DNA of 20,000 nt from an uncultured virus (IMG/VR IMGVR_UViG_2690315925_000005) (IMGVR_UViG_2690315925_000005); one strand, 5' to 3'. Shown: positions 7,729-16,210, counted from the first letter of the stretch. Translations and numbers: made by a program. Notes: a model not told the origin generated them from the sequence alone.

Positions 7729-8481
7729 CTATGGGCGCTCTCCCCTCCCCGCGCGGAGATCGAACTTGGAGAAATCGTAGGGTTCTGCCCCAGAGAACGC
7801 TCGAACGTTTGCAGCTGTTTCCATGCAATAGGCAGAGAAAACTTCGACGTACTCCTTGAGACTTCTTACCTGCTCCATCGAGCCTGCAAACACCCTTATC
7901 TCTGCAGGGAAGTGATTAGTGCGAGTGTGCGTCTTCACCTGCGAAAGCAACGTCTTGCAGTTTGCGCTCAATGTGCGGCCGTACCCAATCAACACTGCGA
8001 GATCATTCCCAATGTTCTCTGGCAAGTAGTGAAGTCTATCTTCCGATTTCTCGGTACCAGGCAGAAGCGATTGCTCCCCCAACCGGAATGTGCGCTCCAA
8101 GAAACCGACCTCCTCTTCGGTTGTTGGAGCACCTCGATTCAGAGCCCTGATGCAGTGCTGATGCAGGATATACAGCTGCGTCGGCAATTCCGAGACCTCG
8201 TGTACCAGCACTCGAGCGACGATCCGAGCGTTGCCGTCCCTCGCCCCAACGATTTCCAGGTGCTGCTGCTTGGCGATTCTTGTCGCCTCGGCAGCAATCG
8301 ACGTCGCTTTGCGAGACGTCCGATAGGCAAGGACTGCAACGACTGTTGTGGCCAACACCGCAAAGACACCAACCCAAACCGATGCCCAGGCCGCGACCAT
8401 GGATAGCAAAGCCATCAGGACACCTGCCCAATCGGCCAAGTTGCCTAGATCAGCAGCCACCAAACATGTGCTCACCCGCAT
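7729..8481 (-). CDS. Antisense moron: N-terminal transmembrane protein of unknown function (start 8481 ATG or 8475 GTG)
   Basis: Visibly lower GC than flanks; AAAGGGG SD; long hydrophobic N-terminus followed by a helical domain. Confidence 0.75.
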   Translation of the reverse strand: MRVSTCLVAADLGNLADWAGVLMALLSMVAAWASVWVGVFAVLATTVVAVLAYRTSRKATSIAAEATRIAKQQHLEIVGARDGNARIVARVLVHEVSELPTQLYILHQHCIRALNRGAPTTEEEVGFLERTFRLGEQSLLPGTEKSEDRLHYLPENIGNDLAVLIGYGRTLSANCKTLLSQVKTHTRTNHFPAEIRVFAGSMEQVRSLKEYVEVFSAYCMETAANVRAFSGAEPYDFSKFDLRAGRGERP

Positions 8482-8561
8482 CCCCTTTCTGCGCTTAGAC
8501 CTGAGTGATTCTCCCATGACTTCGCTCGAGAGCTCCACAGCTTGGCTACCAGAGATCCCTC

Positions 8562-8840
8562 GTGAGTAACTACGACGCCCCCGCACGAGGATTGCCGAGG
8601 CCCGGATCCCCCGCGAACCTGCGCCCGGTCCGGTTCGTCACGCTCAAACAGTTCGAGACGCTGACCGGCTACACGGTCGACGCGGTCAACTCGAAGATCA
8701 AGCGTGGCGATTGGCTGGAGGGCGCCGTCTTCATCAAGGCGCCAGATGGAAGAAACCTGATCGACCTGGAGGGGTACGAAGAGTGGGTAATGCACGGCAA
8801 GGCGGCGTCAGGCCAGCTACACAGAGCAGCATCGCAATAG
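8562..8840 (+). CDS. xis: Excisionase
   Basis: RFVTLKQF..LTGYT.DAV..KIKRG.W.EG....KAPDGR.LIDLEGYEEWV; overlaps the int start. Confidence 0.85.
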   Translation: MSNYDAPARGLPRPGSPANLRPVRFVTLKQFETLTGYTVDAVNSKIKRGDWLEGAVFIKAPDGRNLIDLEGYEEWVMHGKAASGQLHRAASQ

Positions 8841-9958
8841 ACTTCTACTATAGGGGCAAGCGTTGCCGTGAGCGGATCAAGCTCGCCCCGACCGCTCGGA
8901 ATCTGCGCTACTGCGAAAATCTGCTGGGGCAGATCAAGGTCGAGATCGAGAAAGGCACCTTCGACTATGCCACCCACTTCCCCGGCAGCAAGCGCGCGGT
9001 GCAGGTGGCAGAGAAGCCAGCGGCCCTCGACACCCTGGAGCAGGTGCTGACTCGGTGGCTGGCACAGAAGGAGCCTGAGCTCGAGCACAGCAGCCTGATT
9101 GGCTACCGGCGCATCGTCGAGAACATCCTGGTGCCGCGCTGCGGAGCGATTGCGTTGCGTGACTTCAACCGTATCGCCCTGAAGGAGCTGGTGGCCACAT
9201 TCGACGAGTCGACGTCGGCCAAGCGCATCAACAACGTTCTGGGCCCGCTCCGCGGCGCCCTCGATGAGGCCGTAGCCGACGACTTGATCCCCAGCAATCC
9301 CCTCGACGGGTTCCGGGTGAAGCGGCGCGCCAAGGCCAACGCGCGCGAGGAGGTCGACCCCTTCACGCCGGAGGAAGTCCAGGCGATCCTGGCCGCCTGT
9401 CGCGAGGACCAGGTCCGCAATTACTGCCAGTTCAACTTTGCCACGGGCCTGCGCACCTCGGAAATGATCGGTCTCTGCTGGTCGGACATCGATTGGCGCA
9501 AGGGCACAGTCAAGATCCGGCGCGCCTGGGTCATGGGCAAGATGAAGGCCCCCAAGACCGAGTCCGGCGTGCGCGAAGTGCAGCTGCTGCAGCCGGCGAT
9601 CGACGCCCTGAAGGCTCAGCGGGCCCACACCGCCACCGCCGGCGAGTTCGTCTTCCACGATCCCAGGACGAATGCCCGATGGGGGTCCGACCAAAGCATC
9701 CGCGCTGGCGAATGGCAGCGCGCGCTGCGCAAGGCCGGGGTGAGGTACCGGTACCCGTATCAGATGCGCCACACCTTCGCCTCACAAGCGCTCAGCGCTG
9801 GCGAGAACGTCATGTGGGTGGCCCGGCAGATGGGGCATCGGGACTGGACGATCACAGCGAAAAAGTACGGCCGTTGGATCCCGTCGATGGTCCCCGATGC
9901 GGGCGCGAAGGCCGCGGCTGTCTGGAAGCCCGAGCTTATGCATTCGGGCATCAAGTAG
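8783..9958 (+). CDS. int: Phage tyrosine integrase with N-terminal arm-binding (DUF3596-type) domain
   Basis: GTG with GGAGGGG SD; TGLRTSE, PKT, YQMRHT, QMGH, KKY catalytic motifs. Confidence 0.95.
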   Translation: MGNARQGGVRPATQSSIAIDFYYRGKRCRERIKLAPTARNLRYCENLLGQIKVEIEKGTFDYATHFPGSKRAVQVAEKPAALDTLEQVLTRWLAQKEPELEHSSLIGYRRIVENILVPRCGAIALRDFNRIALKELVATFDESTSAKRINNVLGPLRGALDEAVADDLIPSNPLDGFRVKRRAKANAREEVDPFTPEEVQAILAACREDQVRNYCQFNFATGLRTSEMIGLCWSDIDWRKGTVKIRRAWVMGKMKAPKTESGVREVQLLQPAIDALKAQRAHTATAGEFVFHDPRTNARWGSDQSIRAGEWQRALRKAGVRYRYPYQMRHTFASQALSAGENVMWVARQMGHRDWTITAKKYGRWIPSMVPDAGAKAAAVWKPELMHSGIK

Positions 9959-9994
9959 CCCGCATAGTCATACGTTAAGAAAACGACGCAGAGT

Positions 9995-10014
9995 GCCCCG
10001 CTGAAACGCGGGGC
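9995..10014. terminator. Hairpin GCCCCGC-tgaaac-GCGGGGC between convergent genes
   Basis: Perfect 7-bp GC stem; poor U-tract. Confidence 0.55.
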
Positions 10015-10018
10015 TTCC

Positions 10019-10264
10019 TCAATGCCTTCGCACTAGATCCGTGATCTCAAACTCGTGAATGGAACCGTAGCGCTCCCAGATCTTCACCACCATGTCTGGA
10101 AACACCGGGTTCGTGATCAGCAGCACCTCAGGATCGCCATCAGCATCGACCAGTTCGTACCAGTCGTTTCCTTGCGCAATCACCTCAACCCCGTGCGTTC
10201 TCAACACATTTAACACATGTGTCCTGGGTTGAGCGCCGTCCCATGGCCCTTTACGAATCCTCAT
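10019..10264 (-). CDS. Small protein, possibly a divergent HicA-like fold
   Basis: ATGA-coupled to the HicB-like gene; helix-LRTHG-three strands-helix pattern; canonical GSH absent. Confidence 0.55.
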   Translation of the reverse strand: MRIRKGPWDGAQPRTHVLNVLRTHGVEVIAQGNDWYELVDADGDPEVLLITNPVFPDMVVKIWERYGSIHEFEITDLVRRH

Positions 10265-10668
10265 GCAGCGTGAGCCACCTCAGCCTCGCGGAAAGCGAGT
10301 GATGTAAAGAATCCAGTGTCCTGAGGGATGTCAAGCTCAACAACAGTCCCGCAGGTCAGCACATCGTGGTTGTCACTTTGAAGCCAAAGGTTCCACGCCT
10401 CTGGCGGCGTTTTGCCCTTCGCAAAGAGAGCCGTCAGCGGCCTATTACGCCTCAAGTAGGCTTCGATGGTTCGAAGAAGGCCATCGGCAAAGTTCTGACG
10501 AACTTCGTCGACAGTGCGGCCTGTACTCAAGTAGTCGATCTCCAAGCCCTGAGCAACGTACCCACCGTCCTCAGACGGGAGGATGAGCACGCGTAGCGAG
10601 GCGTCGACTGCATGTCGGCCATCCTCAGACTTTCGATGACGTAGCACGGGGAAATTGTCTCTCTTCAT
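10261..10668 (-). CDS. HicB-like (partial RNase H fold) protein
   Basis: GAGG SD; LRVLILPSEDGGYVAQGLEIDYLSTGRTVDEVRQNFADGL. Confidence 0.75.
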   Translation of the reverse strand: MKRDNFPVLRHRKSEDGRHAVDASLRVLILPSEDGGYVAQGLEIDYLSTGRTVDEVRQNFADGLLRTIEAYLRRNRPLTALFAKGKTPPEAWNLWLQSDNHDVLTCGTVVELDIPQDTGFFTSLAFREAEVAHAA

Positions 10669-10706
10669 ATGCGTAACCTCGTCTCACTATCCTTAGTCTT
10701 CGAGAC

Positions 10707-10734
10707 AAAAAAGGGCCGATCACTTTGACCGGCC
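10707..10734 (-). terminator. Intrinsic terminator GGCCGGUCA-aag-UGAUCGGCC-C-UUUUUU, ending about 40 nt upstream of the HicB-like start
   Basis: 9-bp stem (one G-U) plus U6 tract on the minus strand. Confidence 0.8.
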
Positions 10735-10788
10735 GCCAGATCAGTTCGGCCACCACAGCCTCTGGATCTGGGGAAATCTTAGTCTCCC
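10707..10788 (-). ncRNA. Candidate ~82-nt three-hairpin sRNA or attenuator leader
   Basis: Consecutive stems GGGAGA/UUUCCC, CCAGAUC/GAUCUGG and terminator; weak promoter TTGAAG-17-TAGCGG upstream. Confidence 0.45.
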
Positions 10789-11063
10789 GGAGGCCGCTAG
10801 CACAAGTGCACAAGCGCTTCAACGTACAACTCTGTGGAAAACATTCAGAAAGGCTGAAATCTGTTAGTAAGTTCAACAACCCCTTATTTTTCAAATACAT
10901 ATTTATGAACAAAATTCCCATTCGGACGCGCATGCCTGAACGCAAGCCGCGTATTCACTTTGAATTAACTAGTGACGCTCGTCACACATTCGGAGTTTGG
11001 TGCAAAGTGTGTTCGCGCTAGCACTTCGGTGACCCTCCAGCGAAGCGCACTGATCGACCGCTT

Positions 11064-11258
11064 CGGCATCTGTATTAGATGCGCCACACCTTCGCCTCCC
11101 AGGCGCTTATCGCGGGCGAGAACGCTATGCGGGTGACGTGGGAGGGGCATAGGGACGGGACGACGGGCGCCCCAAAGTACGGCCGCTGGCCCCCATCGAC
11201 GATCCCTGGTGCCGGCGCCCAGGCCGCTGCAGTGTGGGTGCCGAAGTCTGCCATCTAG
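11064..11258 (+). pseudogene. Decayed copy of the integrase 3' end
   Basis: Aligns by eye with 9749-9925 (ATGCGCCACACCTTCGCCTC..., AAAGTACGGCCG.TGG...) with a CAG>TAG change and indels. Confidence 0.9.
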
Positions 11259-11297
11259 TGGGCTATGCTGAAGTGCCTGAACGACTGGAGCATGGGA

Positions 11298-11867
11298 ATG
11301 GACGACGATCAGACAGGCACAGGGACCGAACCTGCCGCGCGCCCGCCGGTGGCGGCCGACGATTTGCTGTTCATCCGCACTCCTGAAGAGTTCACCTCCG
11401 CCTTTTTGGCCGGTTGGATCGTGGACGCTCGCAGTGGGGGCTTGGTCCGTGGACGGCTCCACGAGGAAGGCCATATCTCCATGATTCAGCACGCTGAGCC
11501 ACTGGGCACTTTTGAATTCATGGGGGTGATGGAAGGGGGGGAGTACATCCTTAGCACCGACGCGACCGCTGCGCATTTTGATCGTTTGATGGAGATCAAC
11601 AGCGACAAGACGCCTTGTGACACTCCTCTGCCCGAAGCTCCCCCAGGTCGGGTGATCGATGTGTCAGCCGAGCCCCACGACAAGATGCTCATGATTGATC
11701 GGCAATTCATCATCAATCGCGTCTCCACCCGGAGGCACCTAGCCGAACTGGTCGCGCTGAATGATCCGCATAGCTACTACCGCGGCCAGTTCTTTGATGA
11801 CAACGTGGTCGCCTATCTGAACGACCATCCTGAGCTAGGCGACGGTCCGCCGACCAGTGGCGGCTGA
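11298..11867 (+). CDS. Orphan protein with an internally repeated (E/Q)(Y/F)I.....T......L..(I/L)N motif
   Basis: GGAG SD 7 nt before ATG 11298; 189 aa. Confidence 0.8.
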   Translation: MDDDQTGTGTEPAARPPVAADDLLFIRTPEEFTSAFLAGWIVDARSGGLVRGRLHEEGHISMIQHAEPLGTFEFMGVMEGGEYILSTDATAAHFDRLMEINSDKTPCDTPLPEAPPGRVIDVSAEPHDKMLMIDRQFIINRVSTRRHLAELVALNDPHSYYRGQFFDDNVVAYLNDHPELGDGPPTSGG

Positions 11868-11920
11868 TCGCGTGACTGTTCAGGAAGATTGCCGTAACAT
11901 TCGCATCGTTAGGCGGGTTC

Positions 11921-11940
11921 TTGGTCAACATTTGGTCAAC
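11921..11940 (+). repeat. Direct repeat TTGGTCAAC x2 (11-bp period), probable integrase arm-type sites
   Basis: Seen directly, 36 nt upstream of the mature tmRNA. Confidence 0.65.
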
Positions 11941-11976
11941 CAAGGGCCTGAAAGCCTTGCAATACTTGAAGAAACC

Positions 11977-12330
11977 GGGGGTGCATTGGTTTCGACGGGG
12001 GTTGTGAAGTCGCCTGGCGCATGCCGAGGGGGTAGCTTTCCTCGTAAATCCAGCTGCAAAACTCTAGTTGCCAACGACGACAACTACGCTCTGGCCGCTT
12101 AAGGCCTAAGCCTCGAAACCGCTTGTGTCCATGCTCGCGGTGTAGAGTCACTATCATGGAATCGCGCTGGGTGGCTGCCTGTCAGTCCGGCACTAGAACA
12201 CAACAGGCTGGTTCCCGGATGCGCTTTGCACGCCGTGCTGTTCGGGGACGAGATCCAACGGTGAGCTAAGCATGTAGTGCTGGGGATGGAGTGCCTTCGG
12301 ACGGCGGTTCAATTCCGCCCACCTCCACCA
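11977..12330 (+). ncRNA. ssrA: tmRNA; tag ANDDNYALAA* at 12070-12102
   Basis: 5' GGGGGTG pairs with 3' CACCTCC-ACCA; GGTTTCGAC; T-arm GGCGGTTCAATTCCGCC; tag ending ALAA. Confidence 0.99.
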
Positions 12331-12432
12331 TCTGTAAGCAGTTCAGCTGTATCTTGCTGATTCTGTTGGGTTTTGGCAGGGCGCGATACCGAAAAACGAT
12401 CTTTCCAAAAGGATCTTTTGAGGTATCGCCCC

Positions 12433-14055
12433 TTGCCCAAGCCCTATCTTCTACGCCGACCTAGCGGACTTCATGTCCGCTTTCTTGTTCCTGTAGACCT
12501 GCGCGAGGCTATCGGCTCACGCTTCTTGGTCCGCCGCCTTCCCCCATCCGCTGTTGAACTTGCCCGCCTCGTCGCGGCCCGCATGGCTGTGGCACTCTCC
12601 GAAGCATTCGAGCGCTGGAGGGGTAGCCGCATGGATGACAAGGACAGAGAGGACCTACTGAAAGTCGTCAGCGGCTCCATCAATCAGTGGACCGGAAACA
12701 TCCAGCTGCCGAATGGGACCAGGCTCACCGGCCTGAACGTCAATGGGCGAGAAGATGCTCAAGCACTTCTGGATACGATCAGAGGCTTGGCGTTGCCTGG
12801 GCTCTCGGATGTGGGACTGCTCAATGGACCCAACCGCGCAGATTTCACGCTATCCGACCGCATCGCCCTGTATCTGGCGGACCTGAGGAATGCCAAAACC
12901 TCACCCGGCAATCTTCTGGATAGTGAGAACACGCTCATCATCTTCCAGGAAGTCGCAGGACCTGACCTGCTGATGTCGAAGGTCGGGGAAGCCCAAGTCA
13001 GAGCGTTTCTGACTGGACTCCATCACTGGCCAAGCAATGCCAGGAAGAAGAGTGACTACAAAGAGCTGACTGCGCCACAGATCATGGTCAAGGTCAGGCA
13101 ACAGAGAGATAAGGGCATCGTTGTCGCCGGTCTCTCAGATCGGACCCTCGGAAAGCACCGAGACCGGCTTGCCAGCTTCTTTAACGCACAAGTGGCCAGC
13201 GGCATCATCGCGCGCTCGCCCTTGGACGGGATCAAACGGCAAAACTCGGCACAATCCGTGGCTGCCCTGCCCCGCCGTCAGTTCACCATTGAAGAGATCA
13301 ACAAGATCTTTGACCCTGAGAATTTCCTGCCTTGGGCTAAAGGGCGACCTGATCGCTACTGGGGCGTCCTGCTGGCGGCAGGCACCGGGGCGCGAGTCAA
13401 CGAAGTTGGCCAGCTTTATGCGGAAGATGTTGCAGAAGTGAACGGCATCTGGGGGATCCACATCCGCGCCGTCCATCGCGACCAGAAGCTGAAGAACGCC
13501 AACTCGCTGCGCTTCATTCCACTACATCCCCGCCTCTTGGATGCTGGGATCCTCACCTATGCCCGTGATGTCATGGCAGCAGGCCATGAGCGCCTGTTTC
13601 CTCACCTGCCTTGGCACAAGAAGGCAGGCTACGGGGATGCCCTCGGAGATCAGTTCCGCGCCTATCTTGTAGGATTGGGCATGATGCAGCCCGGCATGGG
13701 CTTCCACTCGTTCCGACATACTGCGAGCACCCGGCTTCTCTATGCAGGGGTGCTTAGCTCTATTGCCGCAGCCATTACGGGGCACAAGGCGCACATGCCC
13801 GGCGAGCTCGGAACCTATGTAGATGTGCCCACACTCCAATCGCGCGCAGACGCCGTGGCGCTTCTCCCCGTTCCCGAAGGTTTGCCGGTCTATCAGCCTG
13901 GAGAGGCAGCGCAGTCTCTCAGGCAAGCGCAACTGAGGGCGAAGCGGAGGGCAGTCAATGCAGCTGCACGTGAACGAAAAGCGTTCGCTCTCGCAAAAAG
14001 CGCGCGCGCCAAGGCGCCAGCAAAGCGCGTGAGTAAGCCGCCGAAGGCGTCGTAG
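12433..14055 (+). CDS. int: Tyrosine recombinase/integrase with DUF6538-like N-terminus
   Basis: TTG with GAGGT SD; TGARVNE, LKNANS.R.IP, FHSFRHT, TGH, TY motifs. Confidence 0.93.
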   Translation: MPKPYLLRRPSGLHVRFLVPVDLREAIGSRFLVRRLPPSAVELARLVAARMAVALSEAFERWRGSRMDDKDREDLLKVVSGSINQWTGNIQLPNGTRLTGLNVNGREDAQALLDTIRGLALPGLSDVGLLNGPNRADFTLSDRIALYLADLRNAKTSPGNLLDSENTLIIFQEVAGPDLLMSKVGEAQVRAFLTGLHHWPSNARKKSDYKELTAPQIMVKVRQQRDKGIVVAGLSDRTLGKHRDRLASFFNAQVASGIIARSPLDGIKRQNSAQSVAALPRRQFTIEEINKIFDPENFLPWAKGRPDRYWGVLLAAGTGARVNEVGQLYAEDVAEVNGIWGIHIRAVHRDQKLKNANSLRFIPLHPRLLDAGILTYARDVMAAGHERLFPHLPWHKKAGYGDALGDQFRAYLVGLGMMQPGMGFHSFRHTASTRLLYAGVLSSIAAAITGHKAHMPGELGTYVDVPTLQSRADAVALLPVPEGLPVYQPGEAAQSLRQAQLRAKRRAVNAAARERKAFALAKSARAKAPAKRVSKPPKAS

Positions 14056-14188
14056 CGCCCGGGGAATCTCGGTGACAATGATTAGGCAACGCCATCAACC
14101 ACTCTAGGCGCTCAAGATTCGGGGTCGGAGCCTTGCGATCAACGCAAATAATGTTTTTATGAGAGCTCCCAAACGTTAGGAGCTCCAT

Positions 14189-14485
14189 ATGCCGTTAGAA
14201 AGAAAGCTGGCTATCGCTAGTCGAGTGCTATGCCCTTTGATTGCCCAAGACCGGACACGAGACACGCAAGAGCGGATCGAGGACATCATCCACGCCCTCG
14301 AAATCGCGGACGAATTGATCAACCGATGCATGGCTCCAAAGCCCCCGGCTGACGACCACACTCTGAAACCTGCCGTTAGGGTTAGAGAAGCCGTGGTAGA
14401 ACGCGATCAGGTGCAGCTTAGTGACATGATCTCAGAGCGTCGTGGCGCGGTGTCCAAGCCAACTCGCGGACCTACCTACCACTGA
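14189..14485 (+). CDS. Hypothetical protein
   Basis: AGGAG SD; followed by a terminator. Confidence 0.7.
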   Translation: MPLERKLAIASRVLCPLIAQDRTRDTQERIEDIIHALEIADELINRCMAPKPPADDHTLKPAVRVREAVVERDQVQLSDMISERRGAVSKPTRGPTYH

Positions 14486-14506
14486 GTTTTCGAAACGAGG
14501 TTAGCT

Positions 14507-14530
14507 AAAGCCCCGGCTCGCCGGGGCCTT
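14507..14530. terminator. Hairpin GCCCCGG-ctcg-CCGGGGC between convergent genes
   Basis: Perfect 7-bp stem flanked by AAA and CTT. Confidence 0.7.
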
Positions 14531-14540
14531 CGCCTGTATA

Positions 14541-16109
14541 TCAGTGCAACCGTGCTCCAGGATCTCTGACAGGATTCATTACGAGCAAGGGGTCCGCTGG
14601 AATAGGGGCTTCAGGAGCGTCAATGGGCGCATCCTCCACCCGGTATCTACGCAACAGCACTTCACTCCAATTCTCCAGCTGCGACAACGACTCGCCTGTT
14701 CGACGGTTGTAGTCTTCCTGGGCCTTGGGTCCGGTGGCTTCGTGAGCGCGTTGATACTCCTTGCGTCCCAGCTCAACAGCCCGAACCCGGCGCGCCCGAC
14801 GACGCGACCAGTCTGAGCGATTCAAGAGGCCCGGCCTTGGGTTCTGGCTTTCGAAGTTCTCCAAGGCAAATTCTGCTTGAGCCAATACGTGCTGGGCACG
14901 ATCTTCAGCTTTCAGCCTACGCTTGAAGCGAAGAGAGTCCCGCTTCAGCTTCTTCAGCCGCAAAAGCAGTTCTTCCAAGTCGCCACGGAGCCTAGGCGCC
15001 GCGACATGAGTAGATATCAAGGCAGCACTGTTGCGCAGCAACCTTCGCGTGAATTTGAGCCTATCTCGCAGCGCCTCTATCCACGCCTCGGCCCACATCT
15101 CCAACACTTCCTTCAGGGCCTGCTTGGATGCTGTGGCCTGCGGTTGCCGCGCCCCTTCATCGGCAACCGCCCCAACCGGCATGACTTCCCTCGCCACGCT
15201 ACCCAGACGAGTCTCTCCACCAGGAGACAGCATTGGTTGCGTGACAGGGCGCAGTGGAACCTGGCGCGAGCCAACCGGCACGGCTTGATCGGATGCGGCT
15301 TCCATCAACCTGCCCTCTTCTGCCATCTGAGCCACGGCGCGATCCCAAGCAGCGTTGTTGGCCTGATCAATCTCCTCATTGCCTTGGTTCAAATCGGTAT
15401 CCACGCCTCGGCGGTGTAAGGCAGTGGCATCTTTTCCCATATGAATCCCAGGAATGCGGGAAAGCTCCGCCGCTGTGAGCTCATCTCCTCGCTCTGCAGC
15501 CTCCGCCGCTTGGTCCCTAAGGCTCCGGTGGTCCACACGGGTCGAAACACCGGCTGCGGCCAGGTGAGCATTGATGGCTTCCCCCACCATCGCGCGAATC
15601 CATTCGACTTCCCCTCGGCCTGAAGGGCCGCCATCCAGCTCCCTGGTCTTATCCTTCAACCCGTCTGCGTCCATCCGCCTGGTCGTGGCTAGGATGTGGA
15701 CGTGGTAGTTGAGCCCGTCAGCGGTCTGCGGCTCGTGGATGCTGGATTGGACAGCGAACCTGTAACGCTGGACCAAGCAGCGCGAAATCTCAGCCGCCAG
15801 ATCGGAACGCTGCTCTTTGCTCAGTTCGTGTGGCAGCGCCACCTCGAACTCGCGGGCAACGGTAGCGTCTTTTCGGCGCTCTGAGGCCTCGGCTGCGGGC
15901 CAAAGCTGCCGAGGATCGAAAGCCCAGTCAGGCGCATCATCCGGCGCCAGGCAGCGGGTTTCGACTACGCCCCCACGCCTTCGGTAGTCGTGCCGGAGAC
16001 CGGTGCGGCCATCGATGATGAGCAGCCCCGCCCTGTAGGCAGCGGCGGCGGTGGATGCGTGCCCCTGGGCACGGCTGAAGGTCTTTACTCTTGTGTGATA
16101 GATGGCCAT
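14541..16109 (-). CDS. mobA: MobA/MobL-family (MOBQ) relaxase
   Basis: MAIYH..VK..SR..G.....AAAYRAG, HDY.RR.GV, AREFEVALP.EL, IH.P......NYHVHILATTR, RVDHRS; AAGGAG SD. Confidence 0.95.
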   Translation of the reverse strand: MAIYHTRVKTFSRAQGHASTAAAAYRAGLLIIDGRTGLRHDYRRRGGVVETRCLAPDDAPDWAFDPRQLWPAAEASERRKDATVAREFEVALPHELSKEQRSDLAAEISRCLVQRYRFAVQSSIHEPQTADGLNYHVHILATTRRMDADGLKDKTRELDGGPSGRGEVEWIRAMVGEAINAHLAAAGVSTRVDHRSLRDQAAEAAERGDELTAAELSRIPGIHMGKDATALHRRGVDTDLNQGNEEIDQANNAAWDRAVAQMAEEGRLMEAASDQAVPVGSRQVPLRPVTQPMLSPGGETRLGSVAREVMPVGAVADEGARQPQATASKQALKEVLEMWAEAWIEALRDRLKFTRRLLRNSAALISTHVAAPRLRGDLEELLLRLKKLKRDSLRFKRRLKAEDRAQHVLAQAEFALENFESQNPRPGLLNRSDWSRRRARRVRAVELGRKEYQRAHEATGPKAQEDYNRRTGESLSQLENWSEVLLRRYRVEDAPIDAPEAPIPADPLLVMNPVRDPGARLH

Positions 16110-16210
16110 TGATGCTCCTTGTTCCGGCCCCCGCACCTGCCTTTATGCCTACGATTTAGGCTTTGGCAAGCGCTTTTTTAGGGGGTCAAGGGGCACAGCC
16201 TCTTGCGCAC

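Larger units (their letters stand above)
1..11970. mobile_element. Lambdoid prophage, immunity/early/integration end (continues left of window; right boundary approximate)
   Basis: Divergent cro/cI pair, tightly overlapped small early genes (ATGA/TGATG), RdgC, xis-int, and arm-like direct repeats just before ssrA. Confidence 0.9.

Noticed and set aside
7675..8406. 243-aa plus-strand ORF with a plausible coupled start
   Set aside because: The body is antisense to the more protein-like membrane gene and has an odd Cys/Arg-rich composition; the start may be the stub of a displaced gene
8669..9772. 367-aa minus-strand ORF
   Set aside because: Shadow of the integrase
10625..11021. Overlapping ORFs of 106 aa (-) and 98 aa (+)
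   Set aside because: No SD or motifs; the region is better explained as regulatory or RNA
11857..12102. 81-aa ORF ending ANDDNYALAA
   Set aside because: It is the tmRNA tag frame extended upstream by chance
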